Below are positions 7,755 through 15,064 of a stretch of DNA of 64,000 bases, one piece after another (position 1 is the first letter of the stretch; each line of letters opens with the position of its first letter). The stretch lies in contig JAJUJA010000002.1 in assembly GCA_029267355.1 (NCBI GenBank), positions 65,386 through 129,385 on the forward strand, read 5' to 3'. Position numbers and translations under genes: made by a program. The stretch is from Elusimicrobiota bacterium. Lineage in GTDB: Bacteria > Elusimicrobiota > Elusimicrobia > Elusimicrobiales > UBA9959. A model generated the notes under the pieces. The model ran no database searches and was not told where the DNA came from. It saw only the letters and a list, made by a program, of their open reading frames with translations.

Positions 7755-8374
7755 TTCATCCCCCTTGAAATTTTTGAATAAAGAACGGTTTTAAGCTTGA
7801 CCTTCCCCGCTTTAGGCCATACAGCCTGCTCAACGCCTTTCATAACCTCATTTTCAAGACCCTTGGCTTTAAGTATCAAATCGCATACTTCCCTTACTGC
7901 GCCGTCGCCGCCGTTTCTCTCTGAGACGAAATCGCAGACTTTTTTTATCTCTGAAACGGAATTTTTAGGGCAGCAGGAAAGGCCCGCTCTTTTAAGTAAA
8001 GGCAAATCGGTGAGATCGTCGCCCATATAGGCGGCTTCACTGTAATCAATGCCCTCCGCAGCCATTATCTCTTCCATCGGCTTTATTTTTGAAAGAAATC
8101 CCTGATAGGCATAGCTCATAGAAAGCATTTTAGCCCTTTCCTGAGCCCCGGCGGCTTCTCTGCCTGTTATTATACCCGTCTTAATTGAAAACTTGTTCAA
8201 AAGCATAAGCCCTATGCCGTCCTGGGCATTAAAAGCCTTTATTTCCTGAGTCTCCTTGCCGGAAGAAAAAAAGTACATTTTGCCGTCAGTCAGCACGCCG
8301 TCAACATCCATTATGAAAACCTTTATCTTCTCCGCTTTTTTCAATATGTTCATCCGTTTTTTTCCTTTATCCAT
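7751..8374 (-). CDS. kdsC: KDO 8-phosphate phosphatase KdsC (HAD superfamily)
   Basis: HAD motifs IMDVDGVLTDG and GDDLTDLP, with overall KdsC-like layout. The alternative start at 8353 (MNILKK) would abut the upstream stop. Confidence 0.8.
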   Translation of the reverse strand: MDKGKKRMNILKKAEKIKVFIMDVDGVLTDGKMYFFSSGKETQEIKAFNAQDGIGLMLLNKFSIKTGIITGREAAGAQERAKMLSMSYAYQGFLSKIKPMEEIMAAEGIDYSEAAYMGDDLTDLPLLKRAGLSCCPKNSVSEIKKVCDFVSERNGGDGAVREVCDLILKAKGLENEVMKGVEQAVWPKAGKVKLKTVLYSKISRGMK

Positions 8375-9384
8375 TCATCGCAAAGCGCTATCTCCTTGCT
8401 TCTTGCCGCATAATCGGAAGGCTTTGGGCCTGCATATTCAAAGAAAAACCATTTTATGCTGTCTTCCAGCCATGCGCGCAGGGGGGTTGATTTCAATTTC
8501 AGAAGGTTTTGGGCTTTTTCTATGTCAAGGATATAATCCCTCTTGCTGGAATAAGGAGAAGCGGCCAGATTAAACCCCTTTTCCTTAAGCCAGCCGAAAT
8601 CGGCTGGAATCCCCAGCAAAGGCTTGCCCATTATTTCAGCAGACATTTTCAGAAAATCTCCCAAGGAAATAGTCTCCATATCGCCTAAATTGAAAATTTC
8701 TCCAGCAGCGCCTTCCTGCTTCTCCATTATGGCGTTTATCCATGAAGCCATATCTCCGCTGAAGGCAAATCTCTTTGAAAAGCTCCAGCCGGGAGCGAAA
8801 AAAGGATAGCCGTCGGCTATTCTTATCCAGTAGGAATAAGCCCTCAAAGTATTGTCGCCCGGCCCTATTATTATAGGCGGCCTTATTATGCATACCGGAA
8901 ATTTGATCTCTTCAAAGGCTTTGATAAATTCCTGCTCGGCAAGATATTTACCGCAGGCATAATCCCAAAATCCGCCTTTTTTAAGCTCTATTGAATCTTT
9001 AAAGATTTCTGTATGTTTCTCTCTGAAAGGAGAAGCCAGGTCCTTTATAAGATAATAAACAGCTTCGGAACTTGTCATTATATAGAGGCCGCAGCGGCCT
9101 GAAAACTTTTTCACGGCCTTTTGCGCATCCTCCCGGCCATAGCATATATTGTCAAAAATGACATCCCAGGTTTCCAGAGACAGGCGGGACAAATCCGCTT
9201 CAACTGTCCTGTCGCCCTTAATGAATTTCACATCCAATGGAAAGTTCGGAGGGGGTTCCTTTCTGGAAAAAACGGTTACCTGATGCCCGCCGGAAACAGC
9301 CAGTCTGGCAGTCTGAGCGCCGAAGAAGGAAGTTCCGCCCAAAATGAGAATTTTCAAATTTCCTCCCGGGAAAAGAGGCGTCAA
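8350..9384 (-). CDS. NAD(P)-dependent epimerase/dehydratase family protein
   Basis: N-terminal Rossmann motif ILILGGTSFFG and SDR-extended length (344 aa). 4-nt overlap with dut. Confidence 0.8.
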   Translation of the reverse strand: MTPLFPGGNLKILILGGTSFFGAQTARLAVSGGHQVTVFSRKEPPPNFPLDVKFIKGDRTVEADLSRLSLETWDVIFDNICYGREDAQKAVKKFSGRCGLYIMTSSEAVYYLIKDLASPFREKHTEIFKDSIELKKGGFWDYACGKYLAEQEFIKAFEEIKFPVCIIRPPIIIGPGDNTLRAYSYWIRIADGYPFFAPGWSFSKRFAFSGDMASWINAIMEKQEGAAGEIFNLGDMETISLGDFLKMSAEIMGKPLLGIPADFGWLKEKGFNLAASPYSSKRDYILDIEKAQNLLKLKSTPLRAWLEDSIKWFFFEYAGPKPSDYAARSKEIALCDEWIKEKNG

Positions 9385-9869
9385 ATTACAGCTTTCTGCC
9401 TGTCATCCGATGAACCGCCGGACGCCATGACTTTCTCGTCGGAAATACCCTTTCCGGTACTGCCGAATCCGAATATGCCTCTCTTAGAAGAAGGCAATTC
9501 CTTTGTCTCTTTAAAGGAAGGATAATAAACCGGTATAACGACAAGCTGGGCGACCTTCTGGCCTTTTTCTATAAGCTGTATCTTATCGGTAAGATTCTGC
9601 ATGCAAACTATTATCTCGCCCCTGTAGCCTTCATCTATAAGCCCGGCGGTAACAATGAGCCCTCTGGATTCTACAGAGCTTTTACCCCATATAAGCCCCG
9701 CGGTTTTTCCAGCAAGAGCTATCGCTATCCCTGTTCTTATCTTAGCGGAGGAATGAGGGGGTATTTCTGTTCTCTCTATTGCAAAAATATCTGCGCCGGC
9801 ATCATTGTCATAAGCCCTTTTAGGAAGTACCGCATCATTGCTGAGTTTTTTGACTTTAACTTTCATCAT
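9381..9869 (-). CDS. dut: dUTP diphosphatase
   Basis: dUTPase motifs AGADIFA, GLIDEGYRGEI and the C-terminal RGIFGFGSTG. Confidence 0.9.
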   Translation of the reverse strand: MMKVKVKKLSNDAVLPKRAYDNDAGADIFAIERTEIPPHSSAKIRTGIAIALAGKTAGLIWGKSSVESRGLIVTAGLIDEGYRGEIIVCMQNLTDKIQLIEKGQKVAQLVVIPVYYPSFKETKELPSSKRGIFGFGSTGKGISDEKVMASGGSSDDRQKAVI

Positions 9870-9982
9870 TTCCTCCGAAATCGGCCGAGGCCGTGAAAAT
9901 ATTCTATCATATTTTGGGTTATTATTTCCCGCTTGCGAACATTGCCCAAATAAGCATATCTTAAAAAAGTCAGCCGTATATA

Positions 9983-10081
9983 TAGTTAACTTATGTTAAC
10001 CATAAGGAAATATAGGGTATTTAGATAAAAGGGTATTGAAAAGAATAGAATGGTATGCTATCATAGTTAACATAGGTTAAT
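9983..10081 (+). promoter_or_regulatory. Two copies of an 18-nt GTTAAC-containing motif bracketing a sigma70-like promoter upstream of the HTH gene
   Basis: TAGTTAACTTATGTTAAC (9983-10000) and TAGTTAACATAGGTTAAT (10064-10081) are identical at 15/18 positions. TTGAAA (10036-10041), a 17-nt spacer and TATCAT (10059-10064) form the promoter. ATG at 10086. Confidence 0.35.
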
Positions 10082-10085
10082 ATAA

Positions 10086-10397
10086 ATGGAAAAAGAATTT
10101 CTTTCTATACCTGAATACGCCAAAAGAATAGGTATAAGCAGAATAGCTGTATTCAAGCAAGTAAAAAAGGGTAAAATAGAGGCAATAAAGGTGGGAAGGA
10201 ACTGGATTATCCCTGTTGATAAAAATCATACATACAAACAACATATCAACAAAAATGAGTTATCAACAGGCTTCCATAAGGGAAAAAAAGAAGATATAAA
10301 CAAAAACAGCGTCTTTGTGAATAAAAATGTTAATAACTCTACAGAAACCCTTGACAAGTTAATAGATGACAAGATGGAAGATATGGGCTGGGATTAA
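10086..10397 (+). CDS. Excisionase-family (MerR-like) helix-turn-helix DNA-binding protein
   Basis: N-terminal LSIPEYAKRIGISRIAVFKQVKKGKIEAIKVGRNWIIP is typical of the HTH_17/excisionase type. The C-terminal tail is low-complexity. Confidence 0.7.
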   Translation: MEKEFLSIPEYAKRIGISRIAVFKQVKKGKIEAIKVGRNWIIPVDKNHTYKQHINKNELSTGFHKGKKEDINKNSVFVNKNVNNSTETLDKLIDDKMEDMGWD

Positions 10398-10452
10398 CCC
10401 TTCTACAATAGGAAATATACCAATAGCAGCTTGTTTATTATATAATTGACTT

Positions 10453-11286
10453 ATGAATGTAAAGAATACTATACCTTTTATACTGCTTATTGCTTTACCC
10501 AAAACAGCTTTGCCTTTATGGAACGATTTTTCTCTTACCTCCGGCTCAAATGAATTTGCGCGAATAGAGAGCAATTTCGCTTCAAACATAAGCACAAGAG
10601 TTGTGGCCGGAATAGGCGCCTCAGCGTATAAAGAGGAAAAACATGACTATGTTTACGCTCTGAGATTTCCCGTGAGCGTCTTCATAGGCAGAAGGGCCAT
10701 GCTGTCGGCTAAACCGTATTTCTATCCTGCTGACGCTCAAGGATCCTTTGCCCAGGGATTGAGAACTTCCATTTCATATCTTACCGAGAATCCTCAAAAT
10801 GAAACTTCAGCCACATATTTGTTTTCTGTTTCTCATCAGCGCCAGCGGCTTTCATCTTACGGCCAGAAAGATTTTTCATCAAACTGCGCAGAACTGTCCA
10901 TAGAAAAAAACTTCTATGATCAGTTTTTTCTTCTGGCCTCGGCCGGAGCGCTGTCTCATTCCGCTTTTTCAGCAACGCCTCAGAAGAATTATGCTGAAAC
11001 GCAGGATATCATTTCACTTAACACAGGCGCCTTCTTAAATGACGCGGTTAATTCCAAGCTCGGCCTGCAGTTTGCCAGAAGCTTCAGGCCGGATTTTGAC
11101 AGCTATATCTATGCGGGCTATGAAAAAATAAACGGCCGTTTCTCTGAATACAATTCATGGCTTCTGGGACTGAGAGTAAATTTTTCAGAAAAAAACTTCG
11201 CTAATTTTTCGTATAATTATTTAGACAGCCGCATCGGACGGTCAAAAATTTATTACAGGGCGGGAATAGGACTTTTTTTCAAATGA
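10453..11286 (+). CDS. Putative outer-membrane beta-barrel protein
   Basis: N-terminal signal-like segment, alternating-hydrophobicity segments, and an aromatic-rich C-terminus (YYRAGIGLFFK). No specific family recognised. Confidence 0.4.
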   Translation: MNVKNTIPFILLIALPKTALPLWNDFSLTSGSNEFARIESNFASNISTRVVAGIGASAYKEEKHDYVYALRFPVSVFIGRRAMLSAKPYFYPADAQGSFAQGLRTSISYLTENPQNETSATYLFSVSHQRQRLSSYGQKDFSSNCAELSIEKNFYDQFFLLASAGALSHSAFSATPQKNYAETQDIISLNTGAFLNDAVNSKLGLQFARSFRPDFDSYIYAGYEKINGRFSEYNSWLLGLRVNFSEKNFANFSYNYLDSRIGRSKIYYRAGIGLFFK

Positions 11287-12815
11287 CCACTCAAAGCACA
11301 GAAAGTCTAGAAATGCTGGTAATGGTGTCAAGACTTTTGTCTTCAAAACTTGACATCTCAGAGCTTTTGGTCACAATAATGCGGCTTTCATCAAGGGTTG
11401 TAGGAGCGGAAAGGGCTTCTCTTTATCTGCTTGACGAAAAAACTCAGGAACTTTATTTCGACGTCGCGCTGGGCTTGCCTGAAGATGTGCAGAAGATGCG
11501 CTTCGCGCTCGGGGAAGGCATAGCCGGCACCTGCGCCCAGCAGGGCAAATCAATAATTTCAAACGATGTCCAAAGCGACTCAAGACACGCCTCAAAGGTT
11601 GACAATAAAAGCGGCTTTATAACGCGATCACTTTTAACCTGCCCCATGATAATAAAGGGCAAGGTCATAGGCGTCGTTCAGGCCATAAACAAGATAGACG
11701 GCGATTTTAATGAAACGGACAAAAACAGTTTTGAAGCTTTTGCCTCGCAGGCGGCCATAGCGATAGAAAATTCCAGGCTCTTCAACAATGTCAAAGAGGA
11801 AAAGAAGAAGCTTGAAGTAATATTCAAAAAGATAGAGGAAGGCGCCATCCTTACGGATACATCCGGCGAGATAATAATACTCAATAATTCCGCCGCTCTT
11901 TACATTGAGTATGAAAAATACAATCCTAAAAATATAGGCGAAGTTTTTTCATCTCTGGGCAAGCCTGCTGATTTCGGAAAGACTTTGTGTGAAGACGGCT
12001 CTTCTCATAAATTTCTCATTGAAAGGGAAAAGCCGAAAAAACTTATACTTGAGGTCTCCTGCATAAAGATAAAAAACGAGAAAGACGACAAGACAGATTC
12101 CGTTCTGTGGGTTTTTTCGGATGTCACCGACAAGGTGACAGAAGAAAGGCTGGCAAGGAATTTTCTCTCCCTTATCTCCCATAAGTTCAAGACCCCTCTT
12201 GCAGCAATAAACGGCTTTGCTCAGCTTCTAAGGGACAATTCCAAAGACGGCGATGAAATGACAAAAAGGGCCAGCGAATCAATTTTTTCCCAGGGCCAGA
12301 AACTGGCCGTTCTGATCGATACGCTGATAGATTTTACCCAGGTGGAAAGCCTGTCGCAGCAGGATTTAAACAGAACCGATTTCAGCGCGGCCGAGCTTCT
12401 GGAAGAAATAAAAAAAGAATATGAGCAGAAAAATTCAGAAGCGGTTTTTAAGACCGTAATTCCCCAGGATTTTACGATAAATGCAGACAGGACGCTCATA
12501 AAGAAAGCGGTAAATCAGCTGGCCGACAACGGCCTTAAATTCAACAAAAATGCGGAAAAGAAAATTATATTCTCGGCCCTGGAAAAAGACGGCAGAAAGA
12601 TGCTTACCGTCGGCGACAACGGGACCGGCATTCCCGGAGAGGAAATAAGCAAGATATTCGCCAAGTTTTATCAGATAGAATCCTCTTTCACGGGCCAGGT
12701 GGAAGGCTGGGGACTGGGTCTGGCTATGGTCAAAAAAATAGCGGAATTGCATTCAGGCAAGGCGCTGGCTAAATCTCAGCTGGACAAAGGCTCCGCTTTC
12801 ACTATAATCCTTTAA
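11283..12815 (+). CDS. GAF-domain sensor histidine kinase
   Basis: GAF-like N-terminus (GEGIAGTCAQQGKSIISNDV), H-box LISHKFKTPLAAINGF, and ATPase motifs DNGTGIP and GWGLGLAMVKK. ATGA overlap with the upstream gene. Confidence 0.85.
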   Translation: MTTQSTESLEMLVMVSRLLSSKLDISELLVTIMRLSSRVVGAERASLYLLDEKTQELYFDVALGLPEDVQKMRFALGEGIAGTCAQQGKSIISNDVQSDSRHASKVDNKSGFITRSLLTCPMIIKGKVIGVVQAINKIDGDFNETDKNSFEAFASQAAIAIENSRLFNNVKEEKKKLEVIFKKIEEGAILTDTSGEIIILNNSAALYIEYEKYNPKNIGEVFSSLGKPADFGKTLCEDGSSHKFLIEREKPKKLILEVSCIKIKNEKDDKTDSVLWVFSDVTDKVTEERLARNFLSLISHKFKTPLAAINGFAQLLRDNSKDGDEMTKRASESIFSQGQKLAVLIDTLIDFTQVESLSQQDLNRTDFSAAELLEEIKKEYEQKNSEAVFKTVIPQDFTINADRTLIKKAVNQLADNGLKFNKNAEKKIIFSALEKDGRKMLTVGDNGTGIPGEEISKIFAKFYQIESSFTGQVEGWGLGLAMVKKIAELHSGKALAKSQLDKGSAFTIIL

Positions 12816-13084
12816 TTTCCAACTTTAACTTTTTCCCCGATAAAAACCGCTTTCGGCTGAAGTATTATGGCCTGAAAATAATTGCTTAAAACGGAAGAGG
12901 AAGCCGGTATTATTGACAATATGCCGCCTGTCCATGAAACATAAAGTATCTCTTCGGCCATTATGAAATAATAACCGCCGCCTTCAATTTCGTCTGAAAT
13001 CCAGACAAGAGCGTCCCTCCAGGGCAAAGAGGAGGCGTCAGCTGAAAATTTTATTTCAGGGAATTTTTCGGATATTTTTTTCAT
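12812..13084 (-). CDS. Hypothetical protein (90 aa)
   Basis: An ORF only. It is convergent with the kinase gene and overlaps it by 4 nt. No motif recognised. Confidence 0.35.
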   Translation of the reverse strand: MKKISEKFPEIKFSADASSLPWRDALVWISDEIEGGGYYFIMAEEILYVSWTGGILSIIPASSSVLSNYFQAIILQPKAVFIGEKVKVGN

Positions 13085-13098
13085 AATTCCATTTATTT

Positions 13099-13454
13099 AA
13101 GCGGCGGACTGTACCCCGGATTCTGTCAGCCTTGCGGCCGGCTGTCATTTATCTGAGCGGATTACTCTGCGCTGCGCGTAAAAACGCGCGCGGCAAGGGG
13201 CCTGCGCATATTTATCCTTGCTCCACGCGGGGTTTTCACTGCCTCCGGCGTTGCCGCCGGAGCGGTGCGCTCTTACCGCGCCTTTTCACCCTTACCCGCC
13301 GTTAAGGCGTTGGCGGGCGGTATATTTTCTGCTGCACTTTCCGTTGCCGCCGGGTTACCCCTGCGGCCCCCGGTCTTTCGACCGGCGCGTTCCCTTGAGG
13401 AGTCCGGAAGTTCCTCCGCGGCTTAAAGCCGCGGCGACAGCCCATCCGCCGCTT
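13099..13454 (-). ncRNA. rnpB: RNase P RNA (bacterial type A-like)
   Basis: The reverse complement reads AAGCGGCGGAUGGGCUGUCGCCGC...GAGGAACUUCCGGACUCC...GGUAAGGGUGAAAAGGCGCGGUAAGAGCGCACCGC...GGAGCAAGG...ACAGAAUCCGGGGUACAGUCCGCCGCUU. This is collinear with E. coli M1 RNA conserved regions as I remember them. The 5' and 3' ends pair to form P1. Confidence 0.9.
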
Positions 13455-13932
13455 AAAAAAGCTCGTCCTGACTGAAAGATTCTTTTCTTTCTCTGGCGAT
13501 CTTTAAATTTTCGCTTTCCGGAAGTTTCTTTGAATCAAGTATGGAATTCACAAGCTTATCAGCAAGCTTGTTTTTTTCTCTGTTTATATGGACAAGCTTG
13601 ACTTCCTTGAATTTTTGCAAATCCTTTGAAATCACCTTCATCATTTCAGAAAGTTTCTCGTCTTTCAGAGCGTACTCGCCGTAAAATTGTTTTACAAGAA
13701 GCTGCGAATCGGAATATATCTCCAGAAAAGCGGCCTTGAGAGATGCGGCGCAGGTAAGAGCGAGGTGAAGAGCTGAGTATTCCGCCACATTATTGGTGGT
13801 TTTACCCAAAAATCGTCCTTCTTCTCCTATTATATTGTCTTTCTCATCCATTATTACAGCCGCGCAGGCGGACGGGCCCGGATTGCCGCGGGAGCCGCCG
13901 TCTATGTATATCTTAAGTTTCTTTCCTTTCAT
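13453..13932 (-). CDS. rnhA: Ribonuclease HI family protein
   Basis: RNase H motifs IYIDGGSRGNPGP, TNNVAEYSAL and YSDSQLLVKQ. Confidence 0.8.
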   Translation of the reverse strand: MKGKKLKIYIDGGSRGNPGPSACAAVIMDEKDNIIGEEGRFLGKTTNNVAEYSALHLALTCAASLKAAFLEIYSDSQLLVKQFYGEYALKDEKLSEMMKVISKDLQKFKEVKLVHINREKNKLADKLVNSILDSKKLPESENLKIARERKESFSQDELF

Positions 13933-13940
13933 CTTTCCTC

Positions 13941-14657
13941 TTATCTTTTAACGTATATCAGTCTGAAACAATTCATGCAATTTATCAAGCCGGCTCCCTT
14001 TTTAAGCTCATCGGCCTGCGAAGCGGTAACGGCAATTCCGCAGCCAGAACAAAAAAGTTTGCCGTCCTTAAGAATACAGGCGGCCAAAGCCGGAAATTTC
14101 TTCTTCTTCACTGCTTCGTACCTGGACAAAATTTCCTGCGGACACTGATTAGCCGCCTTTGACCTTTCGATCTCCTGCTCTTTTTTAAGAGCCAGCAAAG
14201 CCGCTTCGCTTTTCTTTATCTTCTCTAGTTCAGCCCGGCTTTGAATCTCAATTTTTCCCAGTTCAGCTTTTATAGACAGCGCTTCCGCTTCGGCTTTATT
14301 GCGGTTTTCCATAAGAAGGAGAACCTTCTCCTCAAGAGCGTCTATCTCCGCCTTCAGAGTTTTTTCTTCCGCCTCAAGCTTTTCCGCCGCCTGAGCGTCC
14401 TTTATCAAATTTTGAGAAGCTCTTCTTGAAGACAGCCTTTCTTCAGCCTGCATAAGGCTTAATTCAGCTTCCTTTATTTCAAGCTCGAGCTTTTCCTTTT
14501 CTCCGTCGGCTGAAAGGGCCTTTTTTCCGGCCGATAAAACGGCGGATTCAACTGCTACGGCGCTGTCCTTGAGGTCTTTCAGCTCTTCTTCAATATCTGC
14601 CAGACGCGAATCCAGTTCTGAAAGATATAAAATTTTCTGAAAATCGGAAAAATCCAT
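13941..14657 (-). CDS. Coiled-coil protein with C-terminal C4 zinc ribbon (COG1579-type)
   Basis: Long E/K/L-rich coiled coil followed by CSGCGIAV...INCMNCFRLIY (CxxC...CxxC). Confidence 0.75.
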   Translation of the reverse strand: MDFSDFQKILYLSELDSRLADIEEELKDLKDSAVAVESAVLSAGKKALSADGEKEKLELEIKEAELSLMQAEERLSSRRASQNLIKDAQAAEKLEAEEKTLKAEIDALEEKVLLLMENRNKAEAEALSIKAELGKIEIQSRAELEKIKKSEAALLALKKEQEIERSKAANQCPQEILSRYEAVKKKKFPALAACILKDGKLFCSGCGIAVTASQADELKKGAGLINCMNCFRLIYVKR

Positions 14658-14737
14658 AAAGCCGGGAATCCCCGTGAAAGATACTATTATAGCAAAAAAT
14701 TTGAAAAAACCCGATAAATTGCTATAATGTAAGTATT

Positions 14738-14929
14738 ATGGCATTTAAATGTGAAATTTGCGGAAAAAAACCGGTTTCTGGAAACTCATACAGCCATTCG
14801 CATAAGGCCTCAAAAAGGCTTTTCAAACCCAATCTTCAAAGGAAGAAAACTTTGATAAACGGCGTAAGAAAGGCTGTTTACATCTGTTCCACCTGCCTTA
14901 AAAGCGGAAAAGATCTGAAAGTTTCCTGA
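14738..14929 (+). CDS. rpmB: 50S ribosomal protein L28
   Basis: MAFKCEICGKKPVSGNSYSHSHKASKRLFKPNLQRKK is the typical L28 sequence; 63 aa. Confidence 0.9.
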   Translation: MAFKCEICGKKPVSGNSYSHSHKASKRLFKPNLQRKKTLINGVRKAVYICSTCLKSGKDLKVS

Positions 14930-14946
14930 TACCGTTCTCATCTTCT

Positions 14947-14976
14947 AAAAAGGGAAGCTCAGCTTCCCTTTTTTCC
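14947..14976 (+). terminator. Rho-independent terminator after rpmB
   Basis: AAAAGGGAAGC-TCA-GCTTCCCTTTT hairpin followed by a T-run. Confidence 0.7.
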
Positions 14977-15064
14977 TTTTGAAACATTATTTTAATATTT
15001 TGAAAATATATTTTTGCCTTTGACTTTATAATATATAATTTAAGGTAAAGCGTTTATTTACCTT

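Noticed and set aside
13218-13475. 85-aa Pro/Arg-rich ORF on the + strand.
   Set aside because: It lies entirely within the GC-rich RNase P RNA gene on the opposite strand, so it is an artefact of structured-RNA sequence.
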